Origin: Gammaproteobacteria bacterium
Lineage (GTDB): Bacteria > Pseudomonadota > Gammaproteobacteria > Eutrophobiales > Eutrophobiaceae
Length of the DNA: 64,000 bases
Assembly: GCA_965243205.1 (NCBI GenBank)
Contig: CBDEUK010000002.1
Coordinates: forward strand, 128,001-192,000
Reading direction: 5' to 3'
A program made the position numbers and the translations under genes. Positions 39,202-47,956 of this stretch are shown here, piece by piece; the first letter of the stretch is position 1, and each line of letters opens with the position of its first letter. The notes beneath the pieces are model-generated. The model was not told where the DNA came from. It was given only the letters and a program-made list of their open reading frames with translations, and made no database searches.

Positions 39202-39732
39202 TTAACAATTTTGATCGGTCGAAATTCTTGTCATGCCACCTGGACTAAGCAAGATAATGCGTTTGTATGTTCTACCAGGATTACAATTGGTTAGAGCACG
39301 GTAAGTAAATTGCTCAGCTGCTGGGAGGCCTCCTGCAGATAATGCGAGTTGCCCTGATGGTTGAAATTGTATGGTCCCATTAGCCAAGATATTATTGTCT
39401 AAAGTAAGAGTGCTGTGATTACTAATGCCTCCGTAAACTTTTAAAACTGTGTCAGCAGCGGTGAATGCATTATCATTATTAGTATCAGCAATAACTTGCC
39501 ATCCATTTGCCCAATTTACATTATCTGTTGGACTTATTTGCACATTTACACTACGGATTGCAGCTTCACTTCTTGCATAAGCTAATGTAGCAAGCATTGT
39601 GTTAGCAATTGTTGTCGCACGATTTCTTTTAGTGATATCTTCAAAAGACGGTAATGCAACTGCTGCTACGATTGCTATCACAGCGACTGTCATCATCAAT
39701 TCAACTAATGTAAATCCAGAATATTTTTTCAT
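39202..39732 (-). CDS. fimT: FimT/FimU (GspH-family) minor pilin
   Basis: SG|FTLVELM, YARSEA, W.NGW; ATG at 39732. Confidence 0.85.
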   Translation of the reverse strand: MKKYSGFTLVELMMTVAVIAIVAAVALPSFEDITKRNRATTIANTMLATLAYARSEAAIRSVNVQISPTDNVNWANGWQVIADTNNDNAFTAADTVLKVYGGISNHSTLTLDNNILANGTIQFQPSGQLALSAGGLPAAEQFTYRALTNCNPGRTYKRIILLSPGGMTRISTDQNC

Positions 39733-39777
39733 GGTTATACCTATAGCAATTGAAAAAAGAAATGTCAGGTGTAATAG

Positions 39778-39807
39778 GATAAACGGTAAATTTAAGCAGA
39801 TAAACGG
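39778..39807 (-). promoter_or_regulatory. LytTR (AlgR-like) binding site: 9-bp direct repeat with 12-bp spacer
   Basis: CCGTTTATC twice on the minus strand (39799-39807, 39778-39786), just upstream of CTGACA-17 bp-TATAGG (39768-39740). Confidence 0.65.
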
Positions 39808-39983
39808 CAATTCATCTTTCTAGAGTTTGAACTGGTTCACATACAAGATTTGGCTGGGTTTCAATATAACTACCGCTTGTATTAGAAATCTATTGGGATA
39901 CTCCTGCAGCCAATCGTAAGTTCTGGCATAATTCTACTTATCAATTCATACGTAGTGTTTTGTCACAGCAAAATAAAAATAAA

Positions 39984-40700
39984 ATGAATACGCTAAACAA
40001 ATATCAGTTTTCTTTTCTAATCCCGATTTTAATCTTTCTTCATGGTTGCTCTGGTACGGTTGGTCATGAGTACTTTCCTTTGCAAGAAGGCGCTTATTGG
40101 CGTTATCAAATGAATTACAAAACCATGGATGGGCGTTGGGATACGTTTTTTGCCTACGAAAACTATCCATCTCTTTCGAATGATGAACAGACGATACATG
40201 TACGTAAGACGATAGATGGACGTGAATATCATTATACGACCGATGATGAGGGCATTAAGGTTGAAAATTATGAAATAAATGAGGGCATGGAAAGGCGGAT
40301 TGAATCCAATCAGCATTATGTTTTTAAATATCCGTTAGAAGTTGGTCAAACCTGGAATGATAAATCGTACAGTCAGGTATTGATTAAAACAGGACCTCCA
40401 CAAAAGACGGTATTTAGAATAACGGCTAATTTACCAGTGAATGTGACAGTCGAGGCCGATAATGAAACCGTAACGGTTCCTGCAGGAACCTTTGAAAATT
40501 GCATTAAAATCAGCCTAAAAGGCAGTGGATTTCATGATGCTGGTAACTATGTTGGTCATACAATTGTGTCAATTGATGAGCTGCGTTGGTATGCACCAGG
40601 AGTTGGTTTAGTGAAGTCGATTCGTAAAGAAAAAACCACTGATCTTGTGGTCACTGATGGCCAAATTACCCTAGACTTGGAGGAGTTTCGCCCAGGCTAA
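39984..40700 (+). CDS. Hypothetical lipoprotein (beta-rich, DUF3108-like)
   Basis: Lipobox-like LHGC; YFPL..G..W.Y; VTVPAGTFENC; WYAPGVGLVK. Confidence 0.65.
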   Translation: MNTLNKYQFSFLIPILIFLHGCSGTVGHEYFPLQEGAYWRYQMNYKTMDGRWDTFFAYENYPSLSNDEQTIHVRKTIDGREYHYTTDDEGIKVENYEINEGMERRIESNQHYVFKYPLEVGQTWNDKSYSQVLIKTGPPQKTVFRITANLPVNVTVEADNETVTVPAGTFENCIKISLKGSGFHDAGNYVGHTIVSIDELRWYAPGVGLVKSIRKEKTTDLVVTDGQITLDLEEFRPG

Positions 40701-40703
40701 TAA

Positions 40704-41282
40704 CTAGGAATCAGTATCTATAACCCTTTGTTCTGTAATGACTTTATCTACTAGCTGATCGTATTCATCAGTTGGAATATCATCAACGACCTGTGCTTCA
40801 TATGTTAGGGCAATCTTTTTAGCGACAGAATTTTCACTAAACCAACGATCGTAATAGCCAGCACCGAAGCCAATTCTCTTACCTGCAGTAGTAAAGCCTA
40901 AGCCAGGCGTAATACATACATCAAAATGACTTTGCATAGGCTCTATCGATTTTGGTGTCAAAATGCCTAATTCAGCTTTCTTTAAATCGTCCCAGTCAGT
41001 AAATTTTACTGAAATCATTTTATTAGATGAGAGAATTTTCGGTACCGCTAATATCTTACCTAAATCGAGTAAGTCTGAGATCAAATCATGCGTTTCAACT
41101 TCCGAAGCATAAGAAATATAGATAAAAATCACATCACTATCGATGATTTCTTGTTGAGCTAAGATTCGTGTGCTTATTTGCTGAGAATACAGTCTTCTAA
41201 GTTCTGGTGATATAGAAGAACGCGTGTTTTTAAGTTCTTGTCGAAGTTCTTGTTTTTTTTGTTTTAAATCATTGATATTCAT
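40704..41282 (-). CDS. ygfA: 5-formyltetrahydrofolate cyclo-ligase
   Basis: KQELR, EVET, PGLGF...GKRIGFGAGYYDR, P.DEYD..VD..ITE. Confidence 0.9.
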   Translation of the reverse strand: MNINDLKQKKQELRQELKNTRSSISPELRRLYSQQISTRILAQQEIIDSDVIFIYISYASEVETHDLISDLLDLGKILAVPKILSSNKMISVKFTDWDDLKKAELGILTPKSIEPMQSHFDVCITPGLGFTTAGKRIGFGAGYYDRWFSENSVAKKIALTYEAQVVDDIPTDEYDQLVDKVITEQRVIDTDS

Positions 41283-41492
41283 AGACTTATTCTATATTTT
41301 AGTATGATTTCTAATAATCAAATTAAGTTATATCCAGCAGCTGCCTATTTATATGCCAAGGATTTGTTTAAGAAAGGAAAATTTTGTGGTTTTAGCTTTC
41401 ATTTTCGGCGTTTTTCCGTACAATACCGCTCTTTTTTAAGGGCAGCGTATATTTGCCCGAATATTATCGAATAATTTCAGGATACAAAATAC

Positions 41493-41744
41493 ATGGTAAC
41501 AATCCGTTTATCTAGAACTGGTGCTAAGAAAAAGCCTTTTTACCACATTGTGGTTTGTGATAGCCGTCGTGCTCGTGATGGTCGTAACATTGAGCGCTTA
41601 GGTTTTTTTAATCCATATGCAGCTGGCCAAGAAGAGCGAGTTCGATTGAACTCCGAGCGTATTGAATATTGGATAGGTCAGGGCGCGCAAACTTCAGATC
41701 GTGTAGCAAAAATTATCAAAGACGAAGCTAAAGCCAGCGCTTAA
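41493..41744 (+). CDS. rpsP: 30S ribosomal protein S16
   Basis: [30 protein letters not shown]. Confidence 0.98.
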   Translation: MVTIRLSRTGAKKKPFYHIVVCDSRRARDGRNIERLGFFNPYAAGQEERVRLNSERIEYWIGQGAQTSDRVAKIIKDEAKASA

Positions 41745-41806
41745 TTATTCTGTTTCGAATGCCCAATTAAGCAAAGAGGGTATTCTAGTGGCCTGGGAGA
41801 ATTCAT

Positions 41807-42328
41807 ATGTCCCAAGGTGATATAAAAAATGATAATGATGTCTTGGTTGGCAAAATCGCTGGCGTTTATGGCATCAAAGGATGGGTGAAAATAGTTTCAT
41901 ATACTCGTCCAGTAGAAAATATACTGAATTATAAACAATGGTTTATTGGTTCAACGGATAAGCGAGACCAATTTACTGTTGAAGCCTGTAAACAACATGG
42001 CAAAGGTTTTATCGCTAAACTTGAGGGTTTAGATGATCGTGATAAAGCCATGGAATTACATCAACAAGATATAGTTATCTCACGCGATGATTTACCTGAA
42101 TTAGAACCAGGTGAATATTATTGGCATGACTTAATAGATTTAGAAGTTATTGACCAAAACCAAAAGGTATTGGGAAAGATTAGCAATATACTTGAAACTG
42201 GCGCTAATGATGTGTTTGAAGTGAGCGGAGATAAAAAACGATTGATACCTTGGGTTACGGAGGTTTATATCCAAGCAATCGACCTTGAATCAGGAGTAAT
42301 TCAAGTTGACTGGGAAGACGATGAGTAA
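41807..42328 (+). CDS. rimM: Ribosome maturation factor RimM
   Basis: [34 protein letters not shown]. Confidence 0.96.
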   Translation: MSQGDIKNDNDVLVGKIAGVYGIKGWVKIVSYTRPVENILNYKQWFIGSTDKRDQFTVEACKQHGKGFIAKLEGLDDRDKAMELHQQDIVISRDDLPELEPGEYYWHDLIDLEVIDQNQKVLGKISNILETGANDVFEVSGDKKRLIPWVTEVYIQAIDLESGVIQVDWEDDE

Positions 42329-43067
42329 GCCCTTTAAAATTGGGGTTATTTCGGTTTTTCCAGAAATGTTTTCGGCGATGACGGTTTTTGGAGTTTCAAG
42401 TCGAGCGCTGGAACAGAATATATATTCAATGGATTATTGGAATCCGCGTGATTTTACCGAAGATGTCCATAGAACCATTGATGATAGGCCTTATGGTGGT
42501 GGCCCAGGTATGGTGATGATGGCTGAGCCATTATTTCAATCGCTTAATGTAGCTAAGCAATCAATGCCAGAAGCTAAAGTGGTTGCGATGAGTCCTCAAG
42601 GCTTGCGATTGGATCAGGCTTTGACAACAGAGTTAGTCCAACAAACGGAATTGATTATTTTATGTGGTCGTTATGAAGGAATAGATGAGCGGTTGATGGA
42701 TTCTGTTGTCGATTATGAAGTTTCGATTGGGGATTATGTCCTAAGTGGCGGTGAGCTAGCAGCAATGGTATTGATCGATACTATGGTTAGAACATTACCA
42801 GGAGCGTTAGGTAATGATGATTCTGCGAATGAAGATTCATTTCAGGCAGGTTTATTAGACTACCCGCATTATACAAGGCCTGAAAGTTGGCAGAACGAAT
42901 CAGTACCTGAAGTTTTATTAAGCGGTAACCATGAAAAAATAAAACGTTGGCGATTAAAACAAGCTTTAGGTAGAACCTGGTTAAGACGACCTGATTTGCT
43001 TGAAGGACGTGAGCTAAGCTCAGAAGAGCAAGTTTTATTAGACGAATTTAAACAAGAAATTAAATAA
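42321..43067 (+). CDS. trmD: tRNA (guanine37-N1)-methyltransferase
   Basis: [36 protein letters not shown]; ATG 42321. Confidence 0.97.
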   Translation: MSKPFKIGVISVFPEMFSAMTVFGVSSRALEQNIYSMDYWNPRDFTEDVHRTIDDRPYGGGPGMVMMAEPLFQSLNVAKQSMPEAKVVAMSPQGLRLDQALTTELVQQTELIILCGRYEGIDERLMDSVVDYEVSIGDYVLSGGELAAMVLIDTMVRTLPGALGNDDSANEDSFQAGLLDYPHYTRPESWQNESVPEVLLSGNHEKIKRWRLKQALGRTWLRRPDLLEGRELSSEEQVLLDEFKQEIK

Positions 43068-43112
43068 GATTAATTAGAGATATAAACAGCGTAGTGATAC
43101 GGAGTAAAGACA

Positions 43113-43469
43113 ATGACTAATATCATTCAAGAATTAGAAGCGGAACAAGCAAGCCAGAAACAAATTCCTGAGTTTGGTCCTGGGGATACGGTTGTCGTTC
43201 AAGTTAAAGTAAAAGAGGGTAACCGTGAGCGATTACAGGCCTATGAAGGTGTTGTCATTGCAAAGAAAAATCGCGGTCTTAATTCTTCGTTTACTGTTCG
43301 TAAAATTTCCTATGGCGAAGGCGTAGAACGTGTGTTCCAAACGTATAGCCCATTGGTTGCTGAAATTGAAGTGAAACGTCGTGGTGATGTTCGTCGAGCT
43401 AAACTCTATTATATGCGTGGGCGTCAAGGTAAGGCTGCTCGTATTAAAGAGAAAATTAAAACCAGCTAA
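43113..43469 (+). CDS. rplS: 50S ribosomal protein L19
   Basis: [31 protein letters not shown]. Confidence 0.98.
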   Translation: MTNIIQELEAEQASQKQIPEFGPGDTVVVQVKVKEGNRERLQAYEGVVIAKKNRGLNSSFTVRKISYGEGVERVFQTYSPLVAEIEVKRRGDVRRAKLYYMRGRQGKAARIKEKIKTS

Positions 43470-43477
43470 AATTTATT

Positions 43478-43512
43478 TGAGACTGCAACGAGTTTCGTTG
43501 TAGTCTCAGTTT
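43478..43512 (+). terminator. Stable hairpin / weak terminator after rplS
   Basis: TGAGACTGCAACGA-gtt-TCGTTGTAGTCTCA followed by GTTT. Confidence 0.6.
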
Positions 43513-43983
43513 ATGACTTCTAATCCGTTTGCCTACTCAGCGATTTATTCTTCGCCCCTCGGCGAGTTAGGTATACAGTATCAAGACCAATTTCTTTCAC
43601 ATATCGACTGGCTCAAACCTGAGCAATCATATTTTAATTCAGATGATCCAATTGCTGATGATACCTTAAGATATCTTGAGCAATATTTTTTGAAATCTGA
43701 ATGGAAAAAAACAAAATCACTCAATTTAAGTGGAACAGAATTTCAAAATAAAGTTTGGAATGCATTGATAAATATCCCTTTTGGCACAACGAAAACGTAT
43801 GGTGAATTAGCTAAAGAATTAAATACCAGTAGTCGAGCAGTTGGTCAGGCATGTAAACGTAATCGTATACCTATCATTATTCCTTGTCATCGAGTGGTTG
43901 CAAAGGATCATATAGGAGGTTTTTTTGGAAAAGCAGAACCTTCCCATATTAAACAATGGTTAATTCAACATGAAACTTTATAG
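43513..43983 (+). CDS. ogt: Methylated-DNA--protein-cysteine methyltransferase (Ogt-like)
   Basis: GTEFQNKVW, TYGELA, RAVGQAC, IIPCHRVV. Confidence 0.9.
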   Translation: MTSNPFAYSAIYSSPLGELGIQYQDQFLSHIDWLKPEQSYFNSDDPIADDTLRYLEQYFLKSEWKKTKSLNLSGTEFQNKVWNALINIPFGTTKTYGELAKELNTSSRAVGQACKRNRIPIIIPCHRVVAKDHIGGFFGKAEPSHIKQWLIQHETL

Positions 43984-43997
43984 CTGTCATAATATCC

Positions 43998-44894
43998 ATG
44001 TTCGAGCAAGATACCAAACTTGTTGAACGTTTTTTAGATGCTCTTTGGATGGAGCGAGGCGTTAGTGATAATACGTTATCGGCTTATCGAAATGATCTTG
44101 TTCAATTTATAAAGTTTATAAATATTAAAGATATAAATCTTATTTTAGTTAGTAGAGAACATATTCAAACATATTTATCAGAACTCACGAAAAATAAATC
44201 TTCGAATAAAACATCAAGTCGTCGTTTATCCTCACTACGAGGATTTTATCAATATTGTTTGCGTGAAGGTTTGATTGAATCTGATCCTACTGCTTTAATT
44301 GAATCTCCAAAAATAGGACGTTCTTTACCAAAATCGTTAACTGAATCAGAAGTAGAAGATTTGATCAACGCACCCGATCTCTCAACCCCAATTGGCTTAA
44401 GGGATAAGGCGATGTTAGAAATACTTTATGCTTGTGGTCTACGAGTATCTGAATTAGTGGGATTAACATTAACTCAACTCAATCTTCGACAAGGAGTTGT
44501 CAGAATTCTTGGTAAAGGTAATAAAGAGCGTTTAGTTCCCTTAGGTGAAGAAGCTTTAGAATATATAGAAATGTTTCTTCAAACTGGTCGGGATGTGTTA
44601 TTAAAAGGTAAATCAAGCGATATTATCTTTCCGAGTAGTCGTGGACAACAAATGACTCGCCAAACATTTTGGCATGCTATTAAACGCCATGCTATTAATG
44701 CTGGTATTTCTAAAACGATTTCTCCTCATGTATTACGCCATGCTTTCGCGACTCATTTATTAAATCATGGAGCTGACTTACGTGTGGTACAAATGTTATT
44801 AGGCCATACAGATATATCAACAACACAGATTTATACGCATATTGCGAAAGAACGTCTAAAAGAAATGCATGCTAAACATCATCCAAGAGGTTAA
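43998..44894 (+). CDS. xerD: Site-specific tyrosine recombinase XerD
   Basis: FLDALWMERG.S.NTL.AYR.DL, LYACGLRVSEL, MTRQTFW, SPHVLRHAFATHLLNHGADLRVVQMLLGH, TTQIYTH, HHPRG. Confidence 0.96.
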   Translation: MFEQDTKLVERFLDALWMERGVSDNTLSAYRNDLVQFIKFINIKDINLILVSREHIQTYLSELTKNKSSNKTSSRRLSSLRGFYQYCLREGLIESDPTALIESPKIGRSLPKSLTESEVEDLINAPDLSTPIGLRDKAMLEILYACGLRVSELVGLTLTQLNLRQGVVRILGKGNKERLVPLGEEALEYIEMFLQTGRDVLLKGKSSDIIFPSSRGQQMTRQTFWHAIKRHAINAGISKTISPHVLRHAFATHLLNHGADLRVVQMLLGHTDISTTQIYTHIAKERLKEMHAKHHPRG

Positions 44895-44994
44895 ATATAT
44901 AACCCATATGGGTAATGTTTATTATGTATTGCTTTTGATAATCTCCTAAATTTATAGAATAAATTAGCTAATTAGATTTTAAACAGGAGGTTTT

Positions 44995-45696
44995 ATGATA
45001 AGGAGATGTCGTCGTTTTATGCCACATATCCCTGTTCACATTGTATTGTATGGATTCCATAGAAGAGCTTGTTTTTTTACTGAAGATGATTATCAGTTAT
45101 ATATCTATCAATTAGCAAGTGTACTAAATAAAAATAACATATCGATGCATGCTTATGTATTGATGCCAAATCATATACATCTATTATTAACACAACATGA
45201 TGAAAGTAGTATTGATAATGTCATGCGTACTCAAGCTAGACAATATCAAACTTGTATTCAAAGACGTTATAAAATAACCAATCCTATTTGGCAAAAAAAC
45301 TATAAAGCTTGTCATATAAATGCTAAAGAATATTTAATAAAAGTTTGTCAGTATATCGATTTAAATCCTGTGAGATCTGGCTTGGTAGATTTAGCGCAAG
45401 AATATGTTTGGAGTAGTTTTTCATTTAATGCAATGAATGAAAAAAATATTTTATTAAAAGAACATAATGTTTTTTTATCTATTAATAAGAATAAAACTGA
45501 TAGAAATAAATATTATTTAAATCTCTGTGAACAAAGTTTATCTGAAAATGATTTGATAGATATTAGATCTAGTATTCAAAATGAAGTTGCTATGGGTAAT
45601 AAGTTATTTAATGATCGGGTTCAGACTTATTTATTAGGGAAAAAATCGAATGATATAGAAGATGAAAAAGTTATTTATCATACAAGTAGGAATTAA
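44995..45696 (+). mobile_element. REP-associated tyrosine transposase (RAYT/Y1 HUH) homologue, divergent
   Basis: HAYVLMPNHIHLL (HUH) and YIDLNPVRSGLV...Y.WSS (catalytic Tyr); usual H...RG.NR motif reads HIVLYGFHR. Confidence 0.75.
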
Positions 45697-47078
45697 TAAT
45701 TATAGGTTAGAAATAATTTGAAATGGTCATCACGTGTTACAAAAAAAGCTGGGTCAGTTCTGTCTTGATCAATAAAGAACCGACTTTGTAATTCTAGGAA
45801 AAAATTATTTGTTAAACGTCGGTTAGCTTCTATATTAAAAAATTTTCCACCCGTATTTCTATCCCAAACAAGACCCGCAAGTAACTCAGATGATTGCGCA
45901 TCATTAAATGCGACACGTGTTCCTACCGCTATATCGTCCTCAAAAATATTTAAATTATTTTCTCCACGACTATCATAGTAATACTCTGCTAGAACACCGA
46001 CATCTATACTGCTTTCAAACGCGCCAACAAATGTGTATTCAAAACCTCCGCCTAATGTTGTAAAAGGCGAACCTTGTCCCCTGCGATATAAGGCTTCTAA
46101 CTTCCATAACCAACTGCCTTTGGTGGCTTGGAGATCCAACGAGGTTTGATTAATAATCTCATACAAAGGCCGAAAAACTGGGTTTCCTGATGAATCAGTC
46201 GAAGGGATAAAGCGTGGTTCACGGCTAGTTCCATAAAAATGTGAAATACCAATATCCCAATCGCCAAAATAGTGTGAGTAACGTACCGCAGCATCAATAT
46301 GTTTTTCTTTACGGCTGGATTCATATATTGGGTTATCAGTATCGACTCTGGGTTGAGTTCTTAGACGACCTTCAATACCAGGAAATGTTCTTTCGCGAAA
46401 ATAGGGCAATATAAAAAAATCCATTGTGCCCCAGTCTTGGATCCATGCGACATTAAGCATGGGTTGGCCTAGCTTATCTTCAGTATCGATATTTTCAACG
46501 AGATCCGTTTGATTGATGATGTCTACTAGATGTTGAAACTCAGTAACACCCCAAAAAACTTTTCCTGCACCAACACGTAATTCCCAGTCTCTGCTGGCTC
46601 TTTCATAAATCAATTCTCTGACATCAAAATGACTTCGTTGGTTATCGTGTTGGTCAAGGCGCAAAAACGGTTTAAAGGCGATGAGTTGATTTCCATTATC
46701 CCATTCGTAGAGAAATTCAGGTTCTGCTACAAACGATATATTATTCGTATAATCTTGTTGCGGTGCGGCAGCTGATTGAGTGAATACGATATTTTCAATT
46801 CCCAACATTCCGGAATATTCGATTTGAGAACGTTGAGTTTTTGCTTCGCTGTGAGAACGCATTTCATCAGAAATATCGAAATCAACCTGTTCTCTTTCAC
46901 GTATTTTTTCAGCACGAGCAACTAACACTTCGGCAGGAAGTCCCTCTAACCCGAGTAATTTAGCCGGATTATTCAGGCTTTCAATACCTAGCAATCCCGC
47001 GATTTTGGGGCTAGCTAGGCTTACGCTTGAGCAGATGATGCCAAGTATAAAATATGGGTATATGCCGAGGTTTTTCAC
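45693..47078 (-). CDS. Putative outer-membrane beta-barrel protein (copy 2), with N-terminal extension
   Basis: RSHFDVRE, VFWGVTE..HLVDIINQTD, LPYFRERTFPG.EGRLR shared with copy 1; C-terminal LTYNY. Confidence 0.75.
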   Translation of the reverse strand: MKNLGIYPYFILGIICSSVSLASPKIAGLLGIESLNNPAKLLGLEGLPAEVLVARAEKIREREQVDFDISDEMRSHSEAKTQRSQIEYSGMLGIENIVFTQSAAAPQQDYTNNISFVAEPEFLYEWDNGNQLIAFKPFLRLDQHDNQRSHFDVRELIYERASRDWELRVGAGKVFWGVTEFQHLVDIINQTDLVENIDTEDKLGQPMLNVAWIQDWGTMDFFILPYFRERTFPGIEGRLRTQPRVDTDNPIYESSRKEKHIDAAVRYSHYFGDWDIGISHFYGTSREPRFIPSTDSSGNPVFRPLYEIINQTSLDLQATKGSWLWKLEALYRRGQGSPFTTLGGGFEYTFVGAFESSIDVGVLAEYYYDSRGENNLNIFEDDIAVGTRVAFNDAQSSELLAGLVWDRNTGGKFFNIEANRRLTNNFFLELQSRFFIDQDRTDPAFFVTRDDHFKLFLTYNY

Positions 47079-47170
47079 GGCAATAAAGTTAAACCTTTAC
47101 TTTAACTATTTCAATAAAAAACTATTAATTCAATAAGTTTTAGAGGTTTTTTAAAGAAAAAATCAAGATT

Positions 47171-47956
47171 TTATCTGGATCGTTTTAGGCTGTTTCGATC
47201 AAAATCACGATCTGTGAAATCATTATTGAAACGATAGCTGAGCCATAATAAGTCAGTTTCTTTACCGGTTTGATGATTTATCATATGCATTTTTGCGGGA
47301 CGCCAATATTTATCAAGATATTGTTTATATCCGCTGGTAGTGAGGGTTTTCAATAGAGCGTTTTTTCGGTCGTAATATTCAATTTTTAGAGGGTGGTATA
47401 TGGTTTTATCTAACCAGACAATTTGCCTTTGGTAGCCGGAATTTTCGTATTGAGGAAAGCGTTCGATGACAAAGCAGTCCTTTCCATCAATGACTTCATC
47501 TTTTAACCATTTATATTTATATTTTTCTACCTCTTGAGAAGCGATATCTTCATAGGCGAATTCACTACCAACAAAAGGGCCAGATTTATTGGCCGAAGCA
47601 ATACGCTTCACGCGTTTGAGTGCGGGGAGATATAACCATTGCTCATCTGGTTTCAGAGCATGAGAGTAGCTTAAAAATGCTGTACCACTGACGTCCTTAG
47701 GAGTATGAAATAAACTTAAGCTCTTATCGCCATCATCCAAAACTTCAAGAGTTTTAATATCAAGGTCACGAGTGCTTTCCTGTCCACCTTTATTTCGTAA
47801 GATCATTTTTAATTCAGAAAATTGGTCACTCCAACCTGTGTCTCGTTTATCCGATTCGATTGTAATTGCGAGTCCTTTTTCTTCAGGTGTTTCAGCTTGG
47901 GCAATAAAGCTAATTGGGTTGAGTAATAGTAGAAGTGGAAGCCAACTTCTTCTCAT
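47171..47956 (-). CDS. Periplasmic LolA-like protein (copy 2)
   Basis: Signal peptide; DEQWLYLPALKRVKRIASANKSGPFVGSEFAYEDI. Confidence 0.85.
   Translation of the reverse strand: MRRSWLPLLLLLNPISFIAQAETPEEKGLAITIESDKRDTGWSDQFSELKMILRNKGGQESTRDLDIKTLEVLDDGDKSLSLFHTPKDVSGTAFLSYSHALKPDEQWLYLPALKRVKRIASANKSGPFVGSEFAYEDIASQEVEKYKYKWLKDEVIDGKDCFVIERFPQYENSGYQRQIVWLDKTIYHPLKIEYYDRKNALLKTLTTSGYKQYLDKYWRPAKMHMINHQTGKETDLLWLSYRFNNDFTDRDFDRNSLKRSR

Noticed and set aside
43998-44894. Tyrosine recombinase as a phage or island integrase
   Set aside because: Sequence has XerD-specific motifs (MTRQTFW, HHPRG) and sits in a housekeeping context; no phage genes nearby
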